Position numbers and translations under genes: made by a program. From Eledone cirrhosa (taxonomy: Eukaryota), in assembly GCA_964016885.1 (NCBI GenBank), contig OZ024762.1, forward strand, positions 4,774,001 to 4,838,000: a stretch of 64,000 nt of DNA, given 5' to 3'. This document shows positions 48,565 through 61,311 of this stretch, piece by piece. Each line of letters opens with the position of its first letter. Positions within the stretch are counted from its first letter, which is position 1. The notes below the pieces were generated by a model. That model worked only from the letters and a program-made list of their open reading frames with translations. It did no database searches and was not told the origin of the DNA.

Positions 48565-51500
48565 ATGCTGCGCTCGAGGTCAAGTGGAATCGACGATATG
48601 GAACAAACAAAAAAGAAAGAACTTAAAAAAGAAGAAGTTGAACGCTTCTTACAGAGAAACCCAGGTTTCGTTAAGAGACGGCGTCAGCTACAGTCGTTAG
48701 AAGAAACGGCTAGAAGAGAATCTCAGCTATCTTCACAATCAACTGCTTCACTTAAAACTAAGTTAAACGACAGCGTATTAGTTACATCAGCAACAGAAAA
48801 TGAAACATATAGAGAATTTATAAAAGATATTTTCGAATTGAATGTAAATAAATTATGTCACAAAGTTCTTCAAAATACATGTAAAATACTTAACTGTGAG
48901 AGAGGAAGCCTTTTTCTGTTACGTGGAACGGCTAAACAATTAAACCTTGTCTCCATACTCTTTGACGTTACAGCCACTTCGGTTTTGGAAGAAACACTTC
49001 ACACAGAAGAAAATGCCATTCGTATTCCAATGGGGAAAGGATTTGTGGGATATGTAGCTAAAAATAATTGCATGTTAAACATTAATGATGCCTACCACGA
49101 TGCACGTTTTCTACCTGATATCGATAAAAAAACAGGATTTCATACCGTGAGTATTCTCACTACACCGATTACTGATAAACAAGGCATCGTAATAGGTGTA
49201 GCTCAAGTATTGAACAAGAAAAATGGTGGAAAGTTCGATTTACATGATGAAAGCATATTTAAGAGTTTTCTATCTTTTTGTGGAATCAGTATTAACAATG
49301 AACAGTTGTTAAAAATGTCAGAGGAGGAATCTAAACGTCACCAGTTATTACTAACACTGACCAAATGTATTCTAAAAGAACAAAATAATTTTCGAAAACT
49401 TATATCAGAAATCCTTCGAAATGCCATGGATATTTTAGATTGTAGCAAGATTTGTCTTTATTTAGCAGATAAGGGGAATGATACGATCTCTCCGACGAAA
49501 TACACAACAGCTTTTCAGTTATTAAGAAATGAAATAGAAGTGGCTGAAGTCCCGTTAAATAAAAAATATATGAAAGTAATTGAAACGATTATGAAAAGTT
49601 CGAACATTATCGATAATGTAATAATACAAAGAGGCTCAAGCGAAATGTTAATTACTGTAAAAGGTGTTGCGAGTAACTGTTTACTTTGTATGAAAATAAC
49701 AAATGCACTTTGTGAGGTTATTGGCTGTTTAGTATTTGTTAGAAATGACAACGAAGTTGTCAGCAAAAGCGATATCAATATAATGGAGATATTTGCATTT
49801 ATCTGTGGACTTAGTATTTATAATTCCCACTTATACGAACGTTCTGTTAGGTTGACAATTCAAGGAGACATAATGAAAGAAATACTAACTCATCATACCA
49901 CTTGTGATCTAAAGCTATTAAATCATTTCTTAAAATTAAATCGACGCACTTCGGAAGAGTACCAGCTATATTCACGGGATTTCAATGCGACATTGTATTC
50001 AGAGGAGGAAACAGTTTTGTTGTGTGCGCAGGGGTTTATTGAGAAGAAAGCATTAAATATATTAAATATACCGATTGATATTTTATACAGGTTTATTTTA
50101 ACTGCTAAGAAGAACTATCGTCCAAATACTTACCACAATTGGCACCATGGTTTAATGGTATTTCAAATGATGTTGTGTCTCTTGCGAACTCCCTTAATGA
50201 AATTATGTTTCACAGAATTTGAACATATCTGCTTATTGGTTGCTTGCTTATTACATGATCTTGATCACAGAGGGAAAAATAATGCATTTCTAGCGAAGAC
50301 ATCATCTCCTTTTACTGTATTATATCATACGTCGGTGTTGGAATATCATCATATAGATAGAACTATCAGGTTGTTAAACACTGCTGGTACAGATATATTT
50401 CGGAATGTCTCGACCAAAGATTACCAACACGGCCTTAAATTTCTCGAAAAAGCCATTCTAGCTACAGATTTGCAACGACATTTTAAAGAAATTTCAGCTT
50501 TTAGAGAGAAATTCGAACGCGTTGATAAAACGTTTGACACTCCAGAAAATTCTAATTTACTAATGAATATTTTGATGACAGCATGTGATCTTTCAGCTGT
50601 TACCAGACCATGGGAAATTCAAAAGTCAAATGCAGTTAGGCTTGCGGCTGAATTCTACGAACAGGGAGACGAAGAGAAAATGTTAGATCATAAAGTTACA
50701 GCTCTCATGGACCGTGAAAAGAAACACAGTTTTCCTGAACTGCAAGTCGGGTTTATTGATTTTGTATGTATTCCGCTTTATCGTCTGCTATCTGAAGTAG
50801 AAGCGAAATTTACCTTTCTTTATGAGGGGTTGATGGATAACAGAACTCATTGGGCGAATATAGCCTCAGGTTTGGAACCTTTTGACATTGATTTGGAATT
50901 TGCGATTGTTTCCAAAATGGGGGGACACAAGAAAGGTATATATTCTAAGGTAAAACCTCAATCACACTTTAAAAACCGGAATGCATCAACCTCTAGTTTT
51001 TCTGCTCAAACTTCATTCATTCTGGATGAGGTTGGGGATGAGCAACCATCAGGTTCAGATCTGTGTGATAAAACATGTCAAACTGTGCATCATACGGCTC
51101 CAGTAGCAAAATACAAACGTATTTCTCTTTTAGACGCCCTAGGGAATTTTTATGGTGAAAAACTTCTGAAAGCCAAGGTGATGCCATTTAACGTAATCTC
51201 TATGAACACTAATAAAGATTCACAGGCGGGCTTTGCAGAAGATGATGCTGGGCACGTCGCACCGAAACGGGGTGGGGTTCATAATTTACAGAAAACGAAT
51301 GAATTTAAAAATTCAAATGCTAAACTGTCCTCTATTACTGAAAAATCACCGACAGCCGGGGAATCAAATAATAAAACACGGTTATCTTCTTCGACGGGTC
51401 AAACTGGAGATAATATACTCACTTCATCAGAGAAAGCAAAAGAACATTTCGAAGTTCTAAAGGAATCAATAAAACATATGGAAAACAAAACGACTCGCGG

Positions 51501-51690
51501 GGAACTAAATGTATGTTTATTGAGTGAGGAAGAAAAAGACGTTATAGCTATGAACGCCAAGGAGGGTCTTAATCCATACAGGAAAAGGAAATGTTTAAAG
51601 AAAGTTAGTCAGCGCAATATAATTGGCGATAGAACGAAAATGCCATTATACAATGATGGTTTAGAAAAGAGCGTGTGCACAATTTCATGA
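48565..51690 (+). CDS. GAF-domain PDE5/6/11-like phosphodiesterase, single-exon, 1041 aa, CaaX (CTIS); copy 3
   Basis: Core near-identical to copy 2. Motifs YHNWHH, HDLDHRGKNN, CDLSAVTRPW and ELQVGFI. An alternative start at Met 48598 aligns with the copy 2 start. Confidence 0.95.
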   Translation: MLRSRSSGIDDMEQTKKKELKKEEVERFLQRNPGFVKRRRQLQSLEETARRESQLSSQSTASLKTKLNDSVLVTSATENETYREFIKDIFELNVNKLCHKVLQNTCKILNCERGSLFLLRGTAKQLNLVSILFDVTATSVLEETLHTEENAIRIPMGKGFVGYVAKNNCMLNINDAYHDARFLPDIDKKTGFHTVSILTTPITDKQGIVIGVAQVLNKKNGGKFDLHDESIFKSFLSFCGISINNEQLLKMSEEESKRHQLLLTLTKCILKEQNNFRKLISEILRNAMDILDCSKICLYLADKGNDTISPTKYTTAFQLLRNEIEVAEVPLNKKYMKVIETIMKSSNIIDNVIIQRGSSEMLITVKGVASNCLLCMKITNALCEVIGCLVFVRNDNEVVSKSDINIMEIFAFICGLSIYNSHLYERSVRLTIQGDIMKEILTHHTTCDLKLLNHFLKLNRRTSEEYQLYSRDFNATLYSEEETVLLCAQGFIEKKALNILNIPIDILYRFILTAKKNYRPNTYHNWHHGLMVFQMMLCLLRTPLMKLCFTEFEHICLLVACLLHDLDHRGKNNAFLAKTSSPFTVLYHTSVLEYHHIDRTIRLLNTAGTDIFRNVSTKDYQHGLKFLEKAILATDLQRHFKEISAFREKFERVDKTFDTPENSNLLMNILMTACDLSAVTRPWEIQKSNAVRLAAEFYEQGDEEKMLDHKVTALMDREKKHSFPELQVGFIDFVCIPLYRLLSEVEAKFTFLYEGLMDNRTHWANIASGLEPFDIDLEFAIVSKMGGHKKGIYSKVKPQSHFKNRNASTSSFSAQTSFILDEVGDEQPSGSDLCDKTCQTVHHTAPVAKYKRISLLDALGNFYGEKLLKAKVMPFNVISMNTNKDSQAGFAEDDAGHVAPKRGGVHNLQKTNEFKNSNAKLSSITEKSPTAGESNNKTRLSSSTGQTGDNILTSSEKAKEHFEVLKESIKHMENKTTRGELNVCLLSEEEKDVIAMNAKEGLNPYRKRKCLKKVSQRNIIGDRTKMPLYNDGLEKSVCTIS

Positions 51691-51815
51691 CTGGTGGTAA
51701 ACATATAGACGAATAATATAAGACGAACGACATTTTTTCTTTATCAAACTTTACAGAAGCTGCCAACTAACAATCAACAAATAATTGACAATAAAAACGT
51801 TTATGTGAATATTTC

Positions 51816-51903
<88 letters not shown>

Positions 51904-51960
51904 TATATGTGTGTGTGTGTATGTGTGTGTTTGTATATATATATATTTATATATACACAC

Positions 51961-51991
<31 letters not shown>

Positions 51992-51993
51992 TG

Positions 51994-52035
<42 letters not shown>

Positions 52036-52049
52036 CATACATACATACA

Positions 52050-52105
<56 letters not shown>

Positions 52106-52171
52106 TGCTTATATATATATATATATATACATATATATGTATATATATATATATATATACACACATGTATG

Positions 52172-52213
<42 letters not shown>

Positions 52214-52601
52214 CATATATATGTAATATATATATATGTATATATATATGTGTATATGTATATATATATACTAATAAAGCTGACGGCCGTATGTATGTAT
52301 CAAACTTTTCGCCAAACGGCTCAACCAAACAGCGCCATATTTGCACCATAGATCTAACTTTTTCCAAGTAAGAAAGTGGGGGTATTTTTGTCTACTAGAT
52401 TTTGTTAAAAGATTAAAGATATTTTTTAAATATTCAATTCCGGTTATTCGACATTCCTCTCTCTTTCTTAGTCTGTCTTTTTAGATAGATACATAGCTAT
52501 AACGTCGCGCCCTTATAATATGTCTGACTGTCTGCATTATGAAAACCATTCTGTACATTGACTTCGCTATCTGTGTGTGTGTGTATATATATGTATATAT
52601 A

Positions 52602-52649
<48 letters not shown>

Positions 52650-53092
52650 GAGTGAGTTTCTTGGTCAGTGTCCAAGTCTCAGACCAGTACAGCAATGAAG
52701 AGGCGGATTTTCAGGTCTTCACGAAGGTCCGACTTCCACACCGATCTCAAGCTGTGGCACGCCGCCCAGGCTTTGCTCTTCCTCTCAACCACATCATCTT
52801 CCGTATTCCCAATCTTTTCTCCCAAATACAGGAAGTCCTCAACCAATTCTAGCGGCTTCCCGCCTACATTAGTGATCCCCTCTGGCTTCTCAACATTCTC
52901 TACCAGATATTTTGTTTTAGTCTCATTCATTCTCAGCCCCACACTGGAAGAGGAAGACCAAGGTTAACGTATGTTGATGCCCTAAAGACAGACACTGGTC
53001 TGTTGGAGACGCGGGACATGGCAGCGATAATGAGGGACAGAGACCGCTGGAGAGAACTCGTCCATGGATCTCGGGAATTTTACCCGCCCTAG
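52650..53092. mobile_element. Short RTE/RTEX-like LINE insertion with inverted 5' segment
   Basis: 52650-52942 minus reads GLRMNETKTKY..LELVEDFLYLG..AWAACHSLRSVWKS. 52946-53092 plus reads GRGRPRLTYVDALKTDTG..MRDRDRWREL. It is embedded in (TA)n. Confidence 0.75.
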
Positions 53093-53230
53093 AATATATA
53101 TATATATATATATAGTATTAGTATCATAAATAAGAGACAGTTTAAATTGTACATTTTATTACAGCATTCCTTTATACGTATATATACATACATAAACATG
53201 TTATTTACAGCTGTATAAAAAAGAAGTATA

Positions 53231-53495
53231 ATTGTTTCTACTTTTGGCACAAGACCAGCAATTATCTCAGTACATTACTGGTACTTTATTATATATAATA
53301 TATATAATTGTTTCTACTTTAGGCACAAGGCCAGCAATTACCCAGTGCATTACTGGTACTTTATTTTATCGACCCTGTAAGGATGAAAGGCAAAGTCAAC
53401 CTCGGCGGGATTTGAACTCAACTCAAATCGTAAAGGGACGTAACTATGCTGGAAAACATGGCGTCCAGCCCTCTACCGATACTGCCAATCCACTT
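53231..53495 (-). mobile_element. SINE family A copy plus partial duplicate
   Basis: Consensus match. Confidence 0.8.
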
Positions 53496-53613
53496 CCTCT
53501 CGCTTTCTTAATCTGTCTTTTTAGATAGATACATAGCTATAACGTCGCACGCTTATAACATCTGTCTGTGTGTCTGCCTGTCTGCATTGACTTCGCTTCT
53601 AACCAACTTTTAA

Positions 53614-53663
<50 letters not shown>

Positions 53664-53667
53664 GTGT

Positions 53668-54092
53668 ACATATTTTCAACAGTAATACTATACTATATAT
53701 TTTCAATAGTAACACTATACTATACTATATATTTTCATCGGTAACACTATACTATGCTATATATTTTCAACAGTAATACTGTACTACATATTTTCAACAG
53801 TAATACTATACTTTCAACAGTAATACTATAGTATACTATGTTTTCTACAGTCATACTATACTATATATTTTCAACAGTAATATTGTACTATACTATATAT
53901 TTTCAACAGTAATACTATACTATACTATAGTATACTATATATTTTCAACAGTAATACTGTACTATACTATAGTATACTATATATTTTCAACAGTAATACT
54001 ATACTATACTATAGTATACTATATATTTTCAACAGTAATACTATACTATACTATAGTATACTATATATTTTCAACAGTAATACTGTACTATA
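53668..54092. repeat. AT-rich variable minisatellite (ttttcaacagtaatactatacta..)
   Basis: Direct reading. Confidence 0.9.
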
Positions 54093-54094
54093 CA

Positions 54095-56345
54095 CATCTC
54101 CAGAACCACTAGCCACTTCCCCATGCGCTCCACTCAGCCCCGACGTGCCTGACCCTGTAAACTTTGTCGGTGGGGTGTCTGCAATTTCATTGCGTTGGCC
54201 TTGGCCATGTAGTCTGCCATGTTGGGTGACGTGGAAAATGAGAACTTCACGGTGTGGCGCTTGAATATTTTGTGGTACCTGTGGGATGCCGGGAAACACT
54301 CGTCCAATGCCCTCAAGAAGAGACCTGGCACGTTAGTGCATACATGCTTCCAGTATGGTGCGTTGAACCATGCTATGTTTCTAGACCTATTCTTATTTCG
54401 TGGTCTGCTACTAGTAGTGTGTGCAGTGTCATGTTGTTTTCTCTGGTTACGCCCCACTCCTATTTCATTCCCTATTCTATCCCTATAGCTAGAACTACTA
54501 TTTAAGTCAGGAGAAAGGCATTCACTTACTATGTTGTTCTGTACACGCTTACTAGCCCTAGTTTTCATCCCCGTCCTGCTACCCGAGTGTCCTGCCGTAT
54601 CATTGTTGGTGTTCTTTATCCTGGTGTTATCTCTAGCGTGCTGTATGTCCTGTGATGCGTTAGCTACTTCACTATCTTTGGTTTCCTCGTCGTGGTCTGT
54701 GCTGTTGTTACGGTTCACTCTGGATGTGCTGGGGTCCCTAGGGTTTCCATGCGCCCACTTCTGTCTATGCGTCGTGGTGCCTTCCTATCCATATCGTTAT
54801 GTGTGTGCTCTCGGGTAGTTTGTCTGCCTATGTTAGTACTAATGGTATCCGGGTGTTTGCGTTCCTCGTTATGCGGCCTGCCCTTGTCCGAGGTGTACAC
54901 TATGGCTTCTGTGTAACCGGCTCTGCCCAATGCCTCGTTGTAGTAGTCGGCGTGCTGATTGAACAGATCCGCGTTGGCGGACAATGTGGATACGCCGTTG
55001 GATACCCCCTTGATTATTGCGTCTATAACCTACTTGGGGTGGTTTCAGTGTCTGTTTACGTACTTCAGGTTCTCGTTGGGCTTGTGATATGGTCGGTATA
55101 AGCCTGTATCCAGTTCTAAGGATACGTCTGGGAAGTTTACCGTCTTAGTGCTAGTTTCTATTAGCACGGATAAGCCGTGCTGCTTAAAAAAATATGAGAT
55201 GCGCTTCCGCATGCGCTCCAGCTGGATAGAGTTTAGTGAGCGGAAGGTAAATAGGGTGCCGTCTCTATATATTCCCCCGCCTATCCCTGGAATCTCTTCT
55301 GCTAACCTATGGAGTAGATAAATTCCCACCAGGTCCGTCACCTGTACGGAGTCGCTCGACCCGATAGTGATGACGAAACTGTCGGGTCTGTCTCTCCTTT
55401 CCCATAATCTACCGTCAAACCTAATTAGCGTCTTTCTAGCAGCTATAATGATGTCCATTTCTCCTCTAGTTAGGTTGGACCTGACCATAGCGCTCATGAG
55501 GGCCTTGTTCCCAATTCCTGGTGAAATGGGAACGTAGTAATTGGTTATGTTCAGCTGAACGAAGTCCACTTGCTGTTTGGTAGGCAGCGCTGGGAACCAG
55601 TCGATTACCTTTTTAGTGGAAGTCCATAGGCTAAGTCTATTTCTATTCATAAGCGTTGGCAGGATCTTATCTATTATATTCTTACTGGCCCTACCTAGGT
55701 CCGACTTGGAAGGTGCTATTAGACTAACCAGGAGGTTAGTCTTAAAGTCTAATTTATGATCTTTGATAGAAATCCGCAGTTTTCTAGGTACATACTGTTC
55801 GGTCCTGCCTGTTACTTAAAGTCCCGTCATTAATTTTTTGGTCGTGTTGTTGATTCTATCAAGGTTCTCCTGTCCTGTAGTCCTATAATTCTTCCTAATC
55901 TCTTTCTCAATGTATTTTCTATATGTTCTGTGGTTCATCCTGTAAATGCTACCCGTCTTATCCAAAGGTACAAGTAAGCCCGGGCAACTCTCCATGCTTT
56001 TAATCCTGGAGCTGAGCTCCTTCAGGTACTCGCTTCCACGTGCTGCATTCCTTCTGAATTTGATGTTCCTTACGATGCTGACTAAGCGGTTTTCAAACAC
56101 TTCCAATGCCCCGTTGTGCGGGGTATGTCGTCTGGACTTGAAAATCCGCTTAAGGCGGTCGTGGGTGACGTCCTGTGTCTGTTGCGTATTCCCGTTGTCG
56201 TAGTGGAAGGCGCGCCATCTCATGTGCCTGACAAAAGAGTTGGTATGGTGGATGAGTAGGCGAAAGTAGGTGTTGTCCGAAGGGATCGGGATGTCTTTGA
56301 ATGAGGAATAGTACTGGAATTTCTCCATGGCAATTCGCTGCAAGC
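54095..56345 (-). mobile_element. Decayed Penelope-like element
   Basis: SSFKDIPIPS, FVRHMRWRAFHY, DKTGSIY, QVTDLVGIYLL, GIYRDG, VNFPDVSLEL..YRPYHKPN..LKYV, IAWFNAPY and HRYHKIFKRHTVKFSFS. Confidence 0.85.
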
Positions 56346-56489
56346 ACTTAACTCTACCTCCAGTAGTAATTCCGATTTAAGAAACAACTTTGATTGACAG
56401 GTGGCGAATGAAAGGAACCAAATATAGGACGGCCATGAGTGGGCAAAAATACCGATGACGTGTACAATTCTTGACCACTCATAGAATGA

Positions 56490-57382
56490 CAACAGGATCT
56501 AAGCTGCCGAATGAGGGCCGCGGGCGTAACTGGACATTTGGAAACTCTGCTTCGTAGAATTGAGACGTATCTGAGGACCTTGCGATTTCAGAGTCAGGTT
56601 CGATCATTACATCGATCGTGCCTCGAGCTAGTCGCCAGAGAAACGATTGTAATATGTCTAATAAATTTTATTCGTCGCAACACTGATTCTCCGTTCCTTG
56701 ACGGAGCTGCAGTCCTGGATCAGGAAAAGACCGAGGTATAGCGCTTGGAAGCTGGAATGTCTCCAAGCCCTCACCGCCCGCTACCGCCTGGGCACTAGTA
56801 TCGGTGGAACATCCACTTCGGCGTTCTATAAAGGGCTAGTGGAGGGAAAGAGCGACGACGTTCTCGGGGAGACCATGGGCGTCGAAGGCGATGAGCTGTT
56901 CGCTCTCTTCAAGAGAACTTTCAGACCGGGGCCTGTGGACAACTTCCAGAAATCCCTGGCCTGGCAGTGCTACCGGGGACCGTTGCCGGTTCGGGATAAG
57001 CTCTACAGGCACGGAGGTGCTGTCAGCCGAGCCTGTCCGAGATGCGCGCAGGGCGACGAAACCGCCCTGCACGCACTCGTTCAGTGCCCGAGCATTGCTG
57101 ACTTGTGGAGCTATGCCGAACAGCTGCTGTCGCGTGTAGGACGGATCCGGTTATCGACTGAGTCCATTGTGCAGATAGCCCCGCCATCCTCCTTTAAAGA
57201 GGAGGAAGGGCAGGGAGTTTTCATCTGCCTGGTGGCCATGGCGAAAGAGATTATGTGGTGGACAAGATTGAAAGGGCGATTCCCTAATTAACTTTTTCAA
57301 GTTTCACTTGAAGAGGTAAATCAGGGTGGAGAGGCAAGTGCTGCCTTCTAGCAAGTTTGTTGAAAGGTGGGTGAATGTAGAC
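56490..57382 (+). mobile_element. L1/Tx1-like LINE 3' fragment (zf-RVT region)
   Basis: LAWQCYRGPLPVRDKL..CPRC..ETALHALVQCP. Confidence 0.75.
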
Positions 57383-57728
57383 TCAGAGAACAATAATAAT
57401 AATAATAATATTATCTATACTTCTATATATAATCTATATACAATTATAAATAAGATAAGGGTAATATTTAAAAAATAATGCATTTAATTGATGGCAAATG
57501 TCTGGGATCTTCGGAGCATATACAATGTTAAAACAAATAAATAAATTCCTAATCTTTAGAACATTCGTTAAGATACATTATAATTATTAATGTCACTAAC
57601 AATATATTAAAGTGTAAGAAGAACAAAATAATATTACAATGAAAAGATAGTAAAATATTGAAAAGTATTATCAAGAGAGTGTTACTTAAAGTCAATATAT
57701 CAAGAATATCAAACAGAGGTTGTCAATA

Positions 57729-58108
57729 ATTGTTTCTACTTTTGGCACAAGGCCAGCAATTACCCAGTATATTACTGGTACCTTATTTTATCGACCCCGT
57801 AAGGATGAAAGGCAAAGTTAACCTTGGTGGAATTTGAACTCAGATCATAAAGGGCCGTAGTAAATAATAGCATAGAGCATGCATTAAGGTAAGACAGATG
57901 TGTAGTAGTAGCATGCATATTTGTGTTATGTAAGCATTATATTAGTACCGGTAGAGGGTCGGACGCCATGCTTTGACACATAGAGTTACGGCCCTGAGTT
58001 CAAATCCCGCCGAGGTTAACTTTGCCTTTCATCCTCACGGGGTCGATAAAATAAAGTACCAGTAATCTACTGATTAATTGCTGGCCTTGTGCCAATAGTA
58101 GAAAGAAT
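57729..58108. mobile_element. Two partial SINE family A copies in opposite orientation
   Basis: 57729-57858 minus and 57948-58108 plus. Confidence 0.75.
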
Positions 58109-58369
58109 TATATTAGTTATAGACAAAGATGTATATGCAAGAGGTATTATAAAAAGTTAAATAAAGTTTATGTAGAAAATGTTAATATCTATAGTTGTGA
58201 CGTAAGTATAGAGTTGTAAAGTTCAGATAAATATATAAAACAAACATTTAAACCAAAGGTATGGGTTATAAGGTACTTCTTTAATGATCTTCCATAAGGT
58301 ACTCCACCTTTAACTCGATTTTGTTGTTGTTGTGCCATAATCGGTGTTGGAATAGTAAATATATATATA

Positions 58370-58525
58370 TAGAAGTGGTAATACAACAGTTAGTTCACCA
58401 TACCGAGAACAATTGTTTCACCTTAGCGGGTCCTCAGCTCATAATGACTATTACAAGCTGAGGATCCGCTAAGGTGAAACAATTGTTCTCGGTATGGTGA
58501 ACTAACTGTTGTGTTACCACTTCTA
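58370..58525. repeat. 70-bp inverted repeat (2 mismatches, 16-nt spacer) containing a hammerhead-like core
   Basis: 58370-58439 versus 58456-58525. CTGAGGA-tccgctaaggt-GAAA-CAATTG-TT. Confidence 0.85.
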
Positions 58526-58628
58526 CCTAACTCGTCCCATGGACTGAGTGCTCTACCACTACGGATATTACCTTCCAGTGTTCTACCTCTCTCTTTCTCT
58601 CTTTCTCTCTTTCTCTCTCTCTCTCTCT

Positions 58629-58788
<160 letters not shown>

Positions 58789-59016
58789 CTAGGAAGGTTA
58801 TATATATACGAACGGGTGCTGAAAGGTTCCTGGCTGATGGCGATTACATAGGCCTGGTTGGAAGTCCAGCCTTCTGAGATCTTTTTACAGGGCTTAGAAA
58901 AAATGAAGGGCTGTTGCAATAAGTGTGTGAATCTGAGCGGGGAATATGTTGAATGGAATCAGAATTAACTGATCCTACTGTATTTTATTTTACCAGCAAC
59001 CTTTCAGCACCCCCTC

Positions 59017-59087
<71 letters not shown>

Positions 59088-59328
59088 TAAAAAAATAATG
59101 AATAAAACAATGAAACAGTTCCTTATATTAAACAAAAAAAGTTCATTATTTAACGATCGTTTCTAGGATATATATGTGTTAGAATTGGCATGCATATTCA
59201 ACAGATCTATGTACAAAATTATACAAAATTATACAAACTATCAAAATTAAATATACATACCAACACATATATATGCCGTCTTCAGAAATACGGATTGGAC
59301 ACTACCGTAAACTCTTGGTAGATTTATC

Positions 59329-59420
<92 letters not shown>

Positions 59421-59559
59421 ACGTACTCGTTCGCAATTACTGACATACGCATATATATATATACAACTAGTCTGGTCATGCCCCTGTCCGCATCTGTCCA
59501 CATCTGCCGATGCGATAATTTTCTGAATCCGGCTGACATCATTGTAGCCGTGAGCAAAA

Positions 59560-60560
59560 TTACTGTGGTAACAATTGTTACGCAATAGATATATATTGTA
59601 ATGATCTTAATGGTCCCTGTTTTTTTTATTCTAGTGTCTAAGACGCCATATACATACTGCATGAAGTATTACAGAGTTAAAGACACCATGAAATATTACA
59701 GAGATAAAGAAACCAAAGAGAACAGGAGCCATGACACAACCCTGCTTCGTACTGTTTGTGACACCAAATGGTTCCGAGCATTCGCCATTTGACGTAAGTG
59801 CTGCTTTCATGTCGTCATGAAAATATATGATGACATTCAGCGTATTGTCAGATATGCCAAGCATTTTAAGGATTTTCCAGATATCTTTGTTTGACAAAGG
59901 CTTTGGTCAGAGCGACAAAAACAATGAATAGATTTTGGTTCTTTTCACGGACCTCCTCTGCAACCTGGTGAAGGGAGAAGATAATGTCAATTGTACCCCG
60001 ACCTGTGCGGAAACCACATTTATTTTCAGGGTAAATATCATCAACAAATCTGGTTGTGATTCTGTTGAGATTGATACCTGAAAGTACCTTGTGCAGCAAC
60101 AAAGAGAAAGATGCCGCGAAGATTGTTACGGATAGATTTTTTTACCTTTGTCTTTGAACAGATGGATTATAGATCTGAAGTGTTGAGAGACATGGTCGAT
60201 CTTTCAGATTACCAAAAATAGCCGAAGCTTACGAATTAGTTTTTTACCAATATATTTGAACATTTCAGGTAGAGTGCCATCTTCACCAGGAACTTTATTG
60301 GATGACCGTTGCTTGATAACGGCTTGTATTTGATTCAAACTTGGATTGAATGCTAATTCGGGTATCTCCAGCCTTTGTCGATTACATGATATTACATCTT
60401 CATCTATTTTTGATTCAGCATTAAAGGCCTTCTTGAAATATTCCTTCCAGCGAGAGAGTATCTCAGCTTTGTCTGTGTATAGGGTTGTCCTATCGGAGGT
60501 TTTTTTACACACTAGATTCGGCCAGTTCTCCATCGGAACATACACCGCATTCAAACCATT
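59560..60560 (-). mobile_element. Decayed RTE/BovB-like LINE RT fragment
   Basis: ILSRWKEYF, KVPGEDG, CGFRTGRGTIDIIF..IVFVALTKAF and PFGVTNSTKQGCVMAPVLF. Confidence 0.8.
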
Positions 60561-60899
60561 TTAAAATACCTTTTAATCCGTTTTATGTATATGATGTTTT
60601 AAGTGAGGTAAGTTGCAAGCAACAGTGCTGTGTCAACGGAAACATTAATAGTAACTGTGACGGGGTCATTGCTATAAATAACAACTAATTCTGAAATGCC
60701 ATTAATGTTAGTACCAGTAATGCACTGAGTAATTGCTGGCCTTGGGCCTAAAGTAGAAACAATTAATGTTAACAGACAGCCACCCTTATGTGCTATGTTG
60801 ACGATGAAACAAAACAAACTAAACTCATGACAAGCGCCAGCCATGTTACCTCTACAGACGACCGCACCGAGAGAGAGAGAGTGAGAGAAAGGCACACAA

Positions 60900-61311
60900 A
60901 CAGACGCGCACACATATACACATACATACATGCATACATACATGCATACATGCATACATACATGCATACATACATGCATACATGCATACATACATGCATA
61001 CATACATGCATACATGCATACATACATGCATACATGCATACATGCATGCATACATGCATACATACATGCATACATGCATACATGCATACATACATGCATA
61101 CATGCATACATACATGCATACATGCATACATACATGCATACATGCATACATGCATACATACATACATACATACATACATACATACATGAATACATGCATA
61201 CATACATGCATACATGCATACATGCATACATACATACATGCATACATGCATACATACATACATACATACATACATACATACATACATACATACATACATA
61301 CATACATACAT
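60900..61311. repeat. (TACA)/(TGCA) tetranucleotide microsatellite
   Basis: Direct reading. Confidence 0.95.

Noticed and set aside
20014-51690. Assigning a specific gene symbol (PDE5, PDE6 or PDE11)
   Set aside because: The motifs support the group only. Orthology needs a phylogeny.
51751-52371. Overlapping Tyr/Ile/Cys/His ORFs (also 177-832, 26974-27450, 34892-35589, 60599-61359)
   Set aside because: Translations of di- and tetranucleotide microsatellites.
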